From Eledone cirrhosa (lineage: Eukaryota): a stretch of DNA of 64,000 bases. How positions within the stretch are numbered: the first letter of the stretch is position 1; each line of letters begins with the position of its first letter. Where the stretch lies: contig OZ024741.1 of NCBI GenBank assembly GCA_964016885.1, forward strand, positions 112,468,001-112,532,000, given 5' to 3'. Shown here one piece after another: positions 11,213-22,700 of this stretch. The notes beneath the pieces were generated by a model that had not been told where the DNA came from, ran no database searches, and saw only the letters and a list, made by a program, of their open reading frames with translations. The position numbers and the translations under genes are program-made.

Positions 11213-12557
11213 TAAAGTTCTAGTTTGTAGGAAAGAAAATAAGGCGCCGGTCCCTTCCGGGAAATGGCCATGCTCAGTGTGTAGGAAAGGCGTAGGTAGA
11301 AACTCCATTTTATGCCCCAAATGCAAAGTATGGGTGCATAAAAGATGTAGTGGGATCACAGGTAAGCTAACTAAGAACACAGATTTTACATGTGGCCGGT
11401 GCTCTGGTGCAATAAGTAGCAGCAAGTGCCCACAAAATACTAGCTCTTTCAACTGCGCAGAGGGTTCTATAGAAATAGTGGACAGCTTCTGTTACCTGGG
11501 TGACAAAATCAGCAGTGGGGGAGGGTGCTCCGAAAGTACAGTAGCTAGAGTCAGAACTGGATGGAAAAAGTTCAGAGAGCTTATACCACTATTAGCCGCT
11601 AAAGGGTTCTCCCTAAAAATGAAAGGCAGGTTGTATGATGCCTGCATACGAACAGGAATGTTGCATGGCAGTGAGACCTGGGCATTGTGTGCAGAGGATA
11701 TACGCAGACTAGAGAGGAACGAAGCTTGCATGCTCCGCTGGATGTGTAATAGTAATATACGCGAATGGCAAACCATAAACGAACTAAGGAAAAAATTAGA
11801 AATAAGAGGGATCAGATGTTGTTTACTCGAGAGAAGGCTAAGTTGGTATGGTCACGTGATGCGCATGAAAGACGACAGCTGTATAGCAAAGTGCAGGGCA
11901 ATAAAGATAGACGGTAGCCACGGAGTAGGCAGACCCAGAAAAACCTGGGACGAGCTGATAAATTCCGACCTCACACACTTACACCTCTCCAAGACAATGT
12001 CACTGGACCGAGAGCTTTGGTGGTACTCAGTAATAGAGAAGACCCGCGTTACCTAAATACAAAGTAAAACCTACTACAGTCAGTAGGCATCTCTAACAAA
12101 ATACACCCCCGTCCCACCACCCCCACCCCATCCACACTGCCCCTTTCAATGTAAAGTTATGTTGGTGCCACAGAATCCAGGCCGAAACAAATGAGATCGT
12201 GTAGGTGTCACGACAAAAAAACACAGTCCACGCTGTAATGTGACCGTGTAGGCAACGGGGTAAAAACCTCCCAGTCCCACACTGTAAATGTGGTTGGTGT
12301 TAGGAAGGGCATCCAGCTGTAGAAAACCTGCCAGACAGTCCACGCTGTAATGTGGCCGTGTAGGCAACACGGTAAAAACCTCCCAGCCCCACACTGTAAA
12401 TGTGGTTGGTGTTAGGAAGGGCATCCAACTGTAGAAAACCCGCCAGACAGTCCTATGCGAGCAAGACAACCACTCTTGCCTCAAGTGGGAAAACTCCCGT
12501 CCAAACCCATGCAAGCATGGAACACGGACGTTAAACGATGATGATGATGATGATGAT
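11213..12557 (+). mobile_element. RTE LINE copy 2, 5'-truncated, with about 113 bp duplicated in the 3' UTR
   Basis: ORF 11277-12056 nearly identical to the C-terminal half of 420-2081; (GAT)n tail. Confidence 0.95.
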
Positions 12558-12634
12558 ATATTATAAAGTAGAAATCTTTTCACTTGATTCCAAAGTTATT
12601 ATATAAAATAAATTTCCTAATGTAAGTAACTCTA

Positions 12635-12670
12635 CTTTTGAAAAGCAGAAGAACTGCGAAACCGGTAAAG
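12635..12670 (+). ncRNA. Minimal hammerhead-like motif with variant core
   Basis: CUU-UUGAAAA-GCAG(AAGAA)CUGC-GAAA-CCGG-UA-AAG; palindromic stem III ACCGGU, followed by AATAAA. Confidence 0.5.
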
Positions 12671-12829
12671 GAACCAAATAAATATATATATTTCTTTTAA
12701 AATAAGACTCCAGTTGCATTTTCGATTTCATCTTTTTTTCTTTATACTTTCACTCATGTAGGACACCTCGGTTATTTTTCATTTTGTAAAAAAAACCTCA
12801 CTTTCTAATATATATATATATATAAGCAT

Positions 12830-13160
12830 TCAGTAATCAGAAGAAGGGAAGTAGGTGTAAAAGCCAAACTTGCTATCTTCAATTCAGTATTTGTGCCAGC
12901 CTTTACTTATGGTCATGAATCTTGGGTGATGACTGAAAGAATATGATCACGAATAAATGGGGCTCCTTCAAAGGGTCTTTAGAGTAATGTTACTCAATAG
13001 ATTGCATAGCTTGGAGATCAGGCAGTCACTCCAGGTAGAGTCACAACTTCCTCTAGCTGAGAGATTATAGCTCTGGTACATGTGGTCAAAATGCCTAAAG
13101 AATGAAAGAGCGTTTGAGGAATCTGCCTCTACAGCTCTCCCAGGAATAAGTGGGAGAAGG
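12830..13160 (+). mobile_element. Rex3/Expander-like RTE fragment
   Basis: KAKLAIFNSVFVPAFTYGHESWVMTER; related pieces on the minus strand at about 25400-25790 and 26400-26760. Confidence 0.7.
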
Positions 13161-16100
13161 AGTATATATCATCATCATCATCATCATATATATGTATATA
13201 TATATATATATATATATAATCCCTTTTACATCTGCTTTTCTACATTTGCACACACACTCACACTCTCACACTCACACTCTCACACACACTCACACTCTCT
13301 CTCGTTATTTACAATTAAGAAGCAAGAAATATGTATTAGAGACAATGTGTAAATTATATTAAATAGAATTATACCTTTTAAGCAACATGCAAAGGTAATG
13401 TACATTTGGGTAAACAAAGAAGTGAAAATAAATGTGTATCTCTTAATAATGTGTATGTGTGTAAACTACCATTTAATATTAAGAAAATAATATTGAGTTC
13501 CAGAACAATAGAATTATTAAACCAAGTTCAACAACATATAAGGTCTCAGTTAAAAGGAAATTGTGTGATAATGAATTATTTGGAATAAAATCTAAATAAT
13601 AAAACATTGCAAGATATTAAAAGAAGATTAAAATAAAATGGGTAATATTACTAATTAAGAAAAGAAAGTATATTGAAAATCATGAAACACGAAGTTCAAT
13701 GTATAATGAAAGTTCTGGGTTTAGTGGTTATTGTTATATAATAAAAGTAGGGAAATTATAATGGTTAAAAAGCAATAGCTGTTTGTGATAATGCAGTGTT
13801 AATTCAAGCAGCATTGAACTTTATGTTGGAAAATATCTATGAAAATGAAAAATGAAATAAAAAATATAATAATGTGAAGAAGAATTAAAATACTAGAAGA
13901 AATTGTGACTACATATTCAATAAATTATTACGTTTTTGGAAATAGAATAGTCTCAAAGTGTTTTAAAGCACTGAAGATCCCATGTCTGCAAGACAAGACA
14001 AATTCTGATTACTGGTGAATTAACTAAACGTTGGACAAAGAATTTTACATGTACCAAATAGAAAAAAACAGATGTAATAATTAAGTGGCAGCTATGAAGT
14101 TTTAATCAATGAAAATTTACATTATGTATGCATAGTGGAAATGAAGATATTAGTTCAAGTACTAGTGTTAGTTTAACCTGATGTTTGCTAAGCTTGATGG
14201 CAATTTTCAGTCTTATAAGACCTCCCCAGCAAAGCACAGCCTGTTAATTTACTTACACACCACAATAATACTATTACTCTGCATAATATTAATAAATAAT
14301 AATTTGATGAGGCTGATAGTAATACAATCAGTGAGATTTTTATATAGAATATTTTATAAGCCTGTGAATAGGATGTATTTACATTCCAATTGTTTTTAAA
14401 ATGATGATGGGTCCTCTGTTGGTTTTGAAGATGAGCATTCAGTTGTTCAATCCAATGAAAGACCACCATAGGAATTTATGTGTAAGTGTTTGAGTATTCC
14501 ACAGACAAGTGTATTCTTCATTTAATTCTCAAATCAGTGACAAGACTGGACCTTTAAATTACACAGATTCTGTCAATTCAGTTCTATTTCAGTTCTATTT
14601 CTAAGGCTTGGGTCAATCTACAGCTATCATAAAGAAGGATGCTCAAGATGCCACGAAATGGAATTAAATATAGGACTAAGTGTTTACAAAGAAAGCTTCT
14701 TGACCCTAAAGCCCTGTCTTTTTCATAATAAACATAGCAACATTAATAAATAACACACCAAAAAAAGAATAATATTTAAAAAAAGAAACAAAATAATCTT
14801 TACATTTCCACAAGAATTTCTATACAGAAACAATATAAATTATGTAAAATTCCTATTATTTCAAGAGTTAGTGCTTAGTGTTTCATAGAACATTTTGCTT
14901 TTCTTATTCATTTCAGAAACAAAACAGTATCTTAATTTGAAATCATAATATTCATATCTTATATAAGAATCAAGCGTTAAATATAGAAAAGGGAACTCAT
15001 TTTTAAAATGCCCACTTCTTTCCAAAGGATGTTTTCCCCAAAGAGTAAGGGAGTGACATGATTATTAGGAAATCTAAGATAACGGAAAGAAGTTGCTTTT
15101 CTATTTTTTACAGGCTACATTTAAACATCAAAGTAGAGCCCAAAGTGTAAGATATCTTCAAACAAAAATTGAAACTGTTACCACAAACAGCAACAAATAT
15201 ATTTATGTATTCTGCAAGAAGTTATTGGGATTCTATCTCAAAATAGTGATGCTCCAAGCACAATTCATATCAAAGGATATTTGTTTGTTTTCAATTCTAG
15301 TTTTCAATTTTTACTTTTTTTTTGTTTCTTTTAAAATTTTGATATACTCAGAAGGATTTGTTGGGAAATTGGTAAAGTTGTTAGGGAAACGAATTAAATA
15401 CCTCAGTATTTGTTCTAGCTCTTTGTGCCCTGAGTTCAAATCAAGGCCAAATGAGGCCAACTTTACTTTTAATCTCTTTGGGGTTGATAAAGTATCAGTC
15501 CAGAGACAATGGATTAGCAAAAATGTTAAAGCATTGGTTGGGTTGCTTTGGGAATCTGTTTCAGCTCTGTTTTCTGAGTTCAAATACTGCTTCCTATCAC
15601 CAGGTTTCCGCCAGTTGTAACCAGTAGATAGTATTAGCAATGGAAAGACAAATGTAAACATTGTGTCCTTGGTTGAATCTGACTATCAACATATTTCTTG
15701 TTTCTTTGTTTTAGTTTTAGAAGGATCTGTGATATATGATGCATACAAAATTAGAGCTTGATGGAAATAACATAAATTCAAGTCCAAGCCTACAGCATTG
15801 CATTGTAACTTAGGATGAGAGAAATGACTCTAGATAATTATAGTGGCAATGTACCAAATATAAACTAGCAATAAGGCTTGAATTTATGACCATATAACCA
15901 ATTTTTCACTACATATCTATGTATCAGAAGTATTAGGCTCTCAAATAATCACTTTTTTATTTTTTAGTATTAAGTCATAGCTGAATAATATTTATTTTTT
16001 TAATTTATTTTACTGGGATCGATATGATCAACTCAAGATCTATTCAAGGCTAAATTATTGGTCTTAATCAAACAGTAAACATAAACACAAACATGGCTGG

Positions 16101-16281
16101 ACACCCTGAATATATATATATATAAATATATGTGTGTATATGTGTGTATGCATTTGTGTATGTTTGTGTGTATATATATATATATATATATGCAAAAGTT
16201 CTATTTAAAATTATTGGGATACAACAAGTAAATATTTTATAACTGATATAAAACACTCGACAAGTTTTTGGAGTAGATATA

Positions 16282-16385
16282 CGATATTAAATAAATGGAA
16301 ACTATATTTATAAAACCATATTTATTTCATTATACATATTTCAGGGATACCAAATTAAAATATGGTATGCCTTCATTTAATATCG
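16282..16385 (-). mobile_element. Tiny PLE-terminus-like element with truncated HHR and inverted tip
   Basis: Homologous to 57208-57300; retains AUGA-stem II-GAAA-UAUGUA-UA; ends CGATATTAAAT / ATTTAATATCG. Confidence 0.7.
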
Positions 16386-16421
16386 TATATATATATATAT
16401 AATGCATACACACACATACAC

Positions 16422-16452
<31 letters not shown>

Positions 16453-17354
16453 CACTGAACAGTTTCTATCTACCAAATTTTACTCAACCTAAGGCTAAAG
16501 AAGAAGATATGTGTTCAGAATGGAATTGAACCTGGAACAACAGGACTGCAAAACAAACTCCTAAACCCCATACCCATGCCTAACAATAGCAAAACAAAAC
16601 ATATATAAAGTTTATAAAAATATGGCACATAAGAGGATTAAAATTATTTTACTGACAATCAAAATTGAGTTTTAGAATTCCAGCTTGTTAGTACTTAGCT
16701 TTACTCTTACATATTTCTTGTATTAATTCTTCCCATCTACTTATATTCTGTATACTGCTGATTCTTGGAATTTCTTATGAACATCTTATGTTTTTCTTAT
16801 GCAGTGTAACTTGTTTTCTTTGAAGAATATCATGCATGTGTGTGTGTGTATACGTGTGTGTGTATATACGTGTGTGTGGTTCAATATTTTAGCTTTTAAC
16901 ACTAATAAATCATTGTTCAGCTCAGCTCTGTCCTTCGTAGTCTTGCAATTTATTTTTTGCTCATTTTTTTCTATTTGTATATGTTTAAGATCCATTATTC
17001 TCTGCCAATATAGAGGAGATGGATTTGTTTTGCAAAATTGTGTATTTGCATATTCTTGGAGCCAGTATATTTATAGCCACATCTTTCTACCTTTCACTTA
17101 TATGAACCATTTCTATGGAATGGATAAAGGCTCTTATTTTTCAGCCAGCTTGAATAATATGCTTAAAGTAACAACACAATCTATATTGTACATCCTTTTT
17201 GTCTTTCTGTCAGAGAAACTCTACAATCTGTCAAAAACTACTAAAATTTTCATTTATAATTCTTGGAACACAAATATAAGATAAAAACATGAATGTGTGC
17301 ATGTGTGTGTGTGCAAATGGTCTAAATATTCAAAAGGCAATCTCTATCAACAGT

Positions 17355-17415
<61 letters not shown>

Positions 17416-17883
17416 ATATTTCTCTTTATGTGTGTAGTATATATATATATATATATACACACGGAAATACTTGGTTTGGTGCCTGAGTGTACCAACAGGA
17501 GTCAGAGACCCCTAGTTCTTGTCAGGACATCAATCTAGGTGAAGGAAAATTCTGATGTAAAACCTGCACCTCGATGGCAGCCAATTATGTTGACCTGTTC
17601 TGCTTTTTGAATACTTGTCACAATTGTTCAGAGATTGGGATTGGTCCAGTGAAGGTCTTTTTTAAAAGAGATTCAAGCAAAAGCATCACTTGATTTAAAC
17701 AACTTTCACGTGTGTTGCGTAAACATGGCTTTTTGTTTTTCCTTTTGTGGCACCATATGCAGAAAGGGATCTAAGTCCTAGGCAGGGCTAAAAGTCATAT
17801 TCGTGCCATTCCAGTATGAGAAAAAAGGTCATGGGATGGCATTTCTTAAAACTGAGATGCAGCCATAATATATAAACATATAT

Positions 17884-18233
17884 GGAGGCACATGGCTTAG
17901 TGGTTAGAGCATTGGCCTTGCAATCGAAAGGTTGTGAGTTCAATTCTCAGACCGGGTGATGTGTTGTTTCCTTGAGCAAGACACTTTTTATTTCACATTG
18001 TTCCAGTTTACTCAGCTGTAGAAATGAGAATATAGGGACTGGGGTCCATATCATTCCACTGCAAAGTGGTCGTGGAGGGGCCACGGCAAAAAAGCACCCA
18101 GCACTCACTGCAAATGAGGTTGGTGTTAGGAAGGGCATCCAGCTGTAGAAATCAAGCCAGCATCAGTTCCCGTCCCACCCTTGCAAGCAGGGAAAAAGTG
18201 GACATAAAATGAAATGATGAAATGATGATGATG
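17884..18233 (+). mobile_element. tRNA-derived SINE with RTE-derived tail (family A)
   Basis: A box TGGCTTAGTGG, B box GAGTTCAATTC; tail GTTGGTGTTAGGAAGGGCATCCAGCTGTAGAAA..(GAT)n shared with the RTE 3' UTR. Confidence 0.88.
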
Positions 18234-18263
18234 TATATATGTGGGTGTATATGTATGTATATA

Positions 18264-18299
<36 letters not shown>

Positions 18300-18300
<1 letters not shown>

Positions 18301-18560
18301 TTTACTTGTGGCCATTGCACAGGAAACAAGTGCTATAAAATTCTTGGAAGGTTCCGTAGAATCAGTTGATAGCCTCTGCTACCTCGGTGACAAAATAAGC
18401 TGTGGAGATGTGTGTGCTGAAAGTATTGTAACCTGAGTGAGAACGGGATAGAAAAAGGTCAGGAAACTACTAATACTGCTAACTACAAAAGGTTTTTTCC
18501 TTCAAAATGAAGAGCAGATTGTATGAAGTGTGTAGATGTACAACAATGTTACATGGTAGA
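18300..18560 (+). mobile_element. Old RTE internal fragment
   Basis: EGSVESVDSLCYLGDKISCG..AESIV, homologous to the RTE ORF. Confidence 0.75.
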
Positions 18561-19030
18561 ATAAAACAAAGCCAAACAGTGGGACTGAAACTGAAACCAC
18601 TTATTTGTGAAGTGAACTCCTTAAACACACAGCCATGCTTGCAGTTAACTTTATAAAATTCCATCAAATTCTTCTGATGAAGTGGCAAGTTGATTCATGA
18701 TAGATCCAATGTTATTTGATCCATCATGATTCAATTAACAAGTGGTGCATGGAGCTCTCAGGTTAGGAGATAATGAATTTACAGTGTTAAGAAATTAACA
18801 GCATTGTAATGATCTTTGAAAAATGATTTTCACAAAATGATTTTCACAAAGCATGCAGGAAAGAAGAATTTGGTTTCAAAGTGCTTTTAGCATTGATAAT
18901 AGAAATAGTACTAGGGAAATCTTGTGGAACATAGATCAAACTCACCCATTCTTATAATGTATCAGATGATGGCCAGTTGAGATGATGGATTTTCTTTCTT
19001 TGTGGATGTTCACTTGAAACAACTGGTTTG

Positions 19031-19116
19031 AAGTTTAAAAGAAAATATGAACACTTAAAACCATGCTGCTTTGTAAAGCAGCATGGTTTTAAATGTTTGT
19101 ATTTTCTTTTAAACTT
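19031..19116. repeat. Fold-back palindrome with 42-bp arms
   Basis: Arms 19031-19072 and 19075-19116 match at 39 of 42 positions. Confidence 0.9.
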
Positions 19117-19313
19117 TGTATCATAATTTTATGTAAAAATATTCCAAACACTAGAAAATTGGTTATATTACAAATTCCTCCCAAATTCTTGATGATTTTT
19201 AAAATGAATTGAAAATCACAGGCAGTGTCTTTCATTGGAAAAGTTTAGTTTCTTGAACTGAATCAATGACTATCATGTTTGTGCTCGCTTGGAACCACAT
19301 CATTTTTGAAAAT

Positions 19314-19358
19314 AAAAAAGAGGAAAGGAGCTGATGATCAGCTCCTTTCCTCTTTTTT
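19314..19358. repeat. Perfect palindrome with 22-bp arms
   Basis: AAAAAAGAGGAAAGGAGCTGAT-G-ATCAGCTCCTTTCCTCTTTTTT. Confidence 0.92.
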
Positions 19359-19473
19359 TGCAATATTTCCATTTGCAATGTTAGGTAGAAAGAACAGAAT
19401 TTGAAATCAGAGCACTCAAATCATATCACATACTGTAATGCTCCTGAATTAGTACGTCATTGACCTTCTAAAG

Positions 19474-19790
19474 CAGTTGTTCCCAACATTTTGTGGACCA
19501 AGCCCCACCTCAACATCTCAAAAGAATTATGCCCCCTTTTGATATGAAAATGGTGATGATCAACGGGGAAGTGTAAATGAATTCATATATATGCACAATA
19601 ACATATATGGAGGAGGTGAGGTAAGAGTTTCTGGCAGTAATGTATACCAAAGTTGTCTTAGTGTAAAATGAATAAGATAAAACCTGAAGTTTGTTCTCAT
19701 TAACATCATTTTCAAATTGCACCCCCCCCCCCAACCTCTAAGTATTAAAATTGACCCCCGTGAGGCTTGGACCCATGTTAGGAATCACTG
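19474..19790. mobile_element. hAT (Charlie-like) MITE inserted into a SINE
   Basis: TIRs CAGTTGTTCCCAAC / GTTAGGAATCACTG; 8-bp TSD TTCTAAAG / CTCTAAAG. Confidence 0.8.
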
Positions 19791-22700
19791 CTCTAAAGAA
19801 TGAAAAGCAATGTTGACGTCAGTGGGATTTGAACTCAGAGCACAGTTAGAAAATAGAATTACTGAGGCATATAATACATCACTCTAACGACACTGCCAAT
19901 TCACTTTGTAAAGCACGAATTGAAATGTATGAATGTTCAGGTTGCTATTTCTTTACCTTTGTAAATCTCAATCTATGTGTGTTGTATAGAAATTAATATA
20001 TAGATAGTTTCCATTCTTAGATAATAAATTCCATGTTATAAAATAGGTGGAGATGGTGGTGGCCTATAATTTGCCATTAGATGCAGTGAGAGACAAGTGA
20101 AGGCATGTCTCTTTCTTAAATAAAAAACAAAACCCCAAAAAGAAGAAACATATAATACAATTTGTGTAGTAGTAGAACTTGAATTTGTTTCTTTTATATT
20201 AACGAAATCAGAATCTAAATTTCCTCTCAGCCATTTGTCAATGAAGACACAATCCTGGTGAAAAGAAGATTGACAAAAATTTGACAATGAATCTGAATAG
20301 ATATAAAAAAAGATCCCCAAACGTTTTACTGATAACAAGTAGGGAACAATGATTGCTTCAAAGCCATTGGTGAAAGCTGGTGCCATTTGGAAATAAAGGG
20401 TTAATAAATGCATATAAAATCAGATTTGATATAGATGGAATTTATAGCAGCATTAAACATGTCTCTGAAAATATTTCTTTATTTTCTCATATATATATAT
20501 ATATATATATGTGCACACGCATAAACACACACGCACACACACGCCATTATATAGAAATTGAGGAAGAATCCATGCATGTTGTTGGATCAATAAGTGCTGC
20601 CTGTTTTTTGTGATGACTAAAGATAGTTTTCTTTCAATATAGTATAATTCAACTATCCATTTTGTTGCTGTTACTGCAGCTATTTTGTTGTTCTTGTTAT
20701 TGTTCATATTATTAGTTTCTTTTACTGATATAAAATTCATCAAAAAATGCCAGAGTATCCCAATCGATAGCAAAGTAAAAACAAAAATACAAAATAAAAT
20801 AAAATACAACAAAAAAGAAAAGGAAAGGAAAAAGACGAACATTATAAGAGTAAACCCCCACTCTCTGCCCAAAATAGAAGTGACAAAAGTAGTTGAAGTT
20901 GTGAAGGTATTTTAATTGTTATATTTTTTCACTTGCAGCCTTAACTCATTAGGCTCATTTTATAATCACACTTTAAAAGCTAGTACTATGTAGATGAAGC
21001 AGTAGCAGCAGCAGTGGTGGTAGTAATAGTAGTAGTTTTCCTGGTAGTTGGAGTGGTTGTAGTGTTGGTGCAAATAGGTGAGGTAGTAATAGTGTAAGTG
21101 TTGGTGGTAGTGACAATGGTGCTGGTAATAGTAGTTGTAGTAGCAAGACCATCCTCTTAAGGGTAACAGTCCAAACTGAATACATCCCATTTCTTTATGT
21201 TCACCTGAAACTGTACCTAGTTCTACAATTCTAAGCTATTTATTTTAAAGTGTTTATATTTATCTAGATAAGGTGGCAAATTGGAAGAATCATTAGAATG
21301 TTGGCCAGAATGCTTTCCAGTATTTGTTCAAGCTCTCTGTACTCAAATTCCATTAATATCAACTTTATATTTCATCCTTTCAAGCTTGCTAAAAAGGTAC
21401 CAGTTCAGTATTGGTATTAATATATCTTTCTCACTTCTACTCTATCACTCTCGCCTTCTCTGGAAGTAGCAAGTCTTCAGCCATGGAGAAGAGAGGGGCT
21501 TTGCTAGATTATAAAAATGCTTAAGATATGCTGTATATTTCTATGGTGCCCAAAAGATTCCACCAAGAGTTATGGGTTTCTACATACATCTATATATTAC
21601 TAAAAGTCTGTGATAGCTTGCTTGCTTGCTTGTCTGTAATATAATACAGCCCAAAGGGTGCATAATGAGAAAATACTTTGAAAGGAAGTTGCCCCTGAAA
21701 TGGGAATACAAATGGAATAAAACAAGTTTTGCATTAATCGGAGCACGGGTTCCCAAGATATGGGTTTTCTGGGTACCTTCATAAACAGAGAGAGAGAAGG
21801 ATAGAAAGAAAGAGATAGTAGTTGTGAGAGAGTAGATTGAAAGAGAAACATAGAGAGAGGAAGAGGGGGAGGAGAATGGAAGAGAGAGAGCTGGTGGTGT
21901 TGTTGTGTATATACATATATATATATATATATATGTGTGTGTATGTGTGTATGTGCCTATGACCAGTGTATATAGATCAGACACCCACATATATATATAT
22001 ATATACATACACATATACATATATGTATATACAAACATACACATTTATATATATATACACATACACACATGTATATATATGGGCCTTCCAGTTTCCTTTC
22101 ACATTATATACATGTGCGTGTATATTTTAATTATTTAAAAATTATTTTTAAGTGAACATGATTTAAAAAAATATATTTTGACGTGAATGTGACCCAACGA
22201 GTCACGGGTGGTCTAGTATATTACTAGAAAAAACCTACCATCATATTTTGATGTAATAAACTTTATGTTCTAAACACCAATTTGATAATGCAAAAGTTTA
22301 TTACATTACTAAATTGCTTCAAACAAATTCTTAATTAATTTCAGATTGCGATGAAATTTATAGGTAGTATCTTTTATTAGATATATGGTAACAAAAGGTC
22401 TTAAGAGAAAACAAACCAAACTACTTCAAATCCACTATTTTATGGTGGAAAACATTACAGGTGCAGATGATATTGTTTATAATTTTAGTGTAAAACATGA
22501 GCAATGAAGTATGGAAATTCGGAGAAGAATTAAATTCATTATTTAACATGTGGCATTGTTGGAGTCTGGACATATGAATGGTTGCATGGTTAAGAGGTTT
22601 GCTTTTTAATCATGAGGATCTGGATTTAATCCCAGTGTGTAGCATCTCAGGTCAACTCAAGCTTTGTGTGTGAAATTGAGTAGGTGAAAACTGTATGGAA

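Noticed and set aside
15093-15661. 175-aa and 116-aa ORFs as host genes
   Set aside because: Overlap decayed SINE B sequence, low complexity, no recognisable domain.
17884-17956. tRNA gene
   Set aside because: tRNA-like head continues into a SINE body and tail and occurs in several copies; cloverleaf imperfect.
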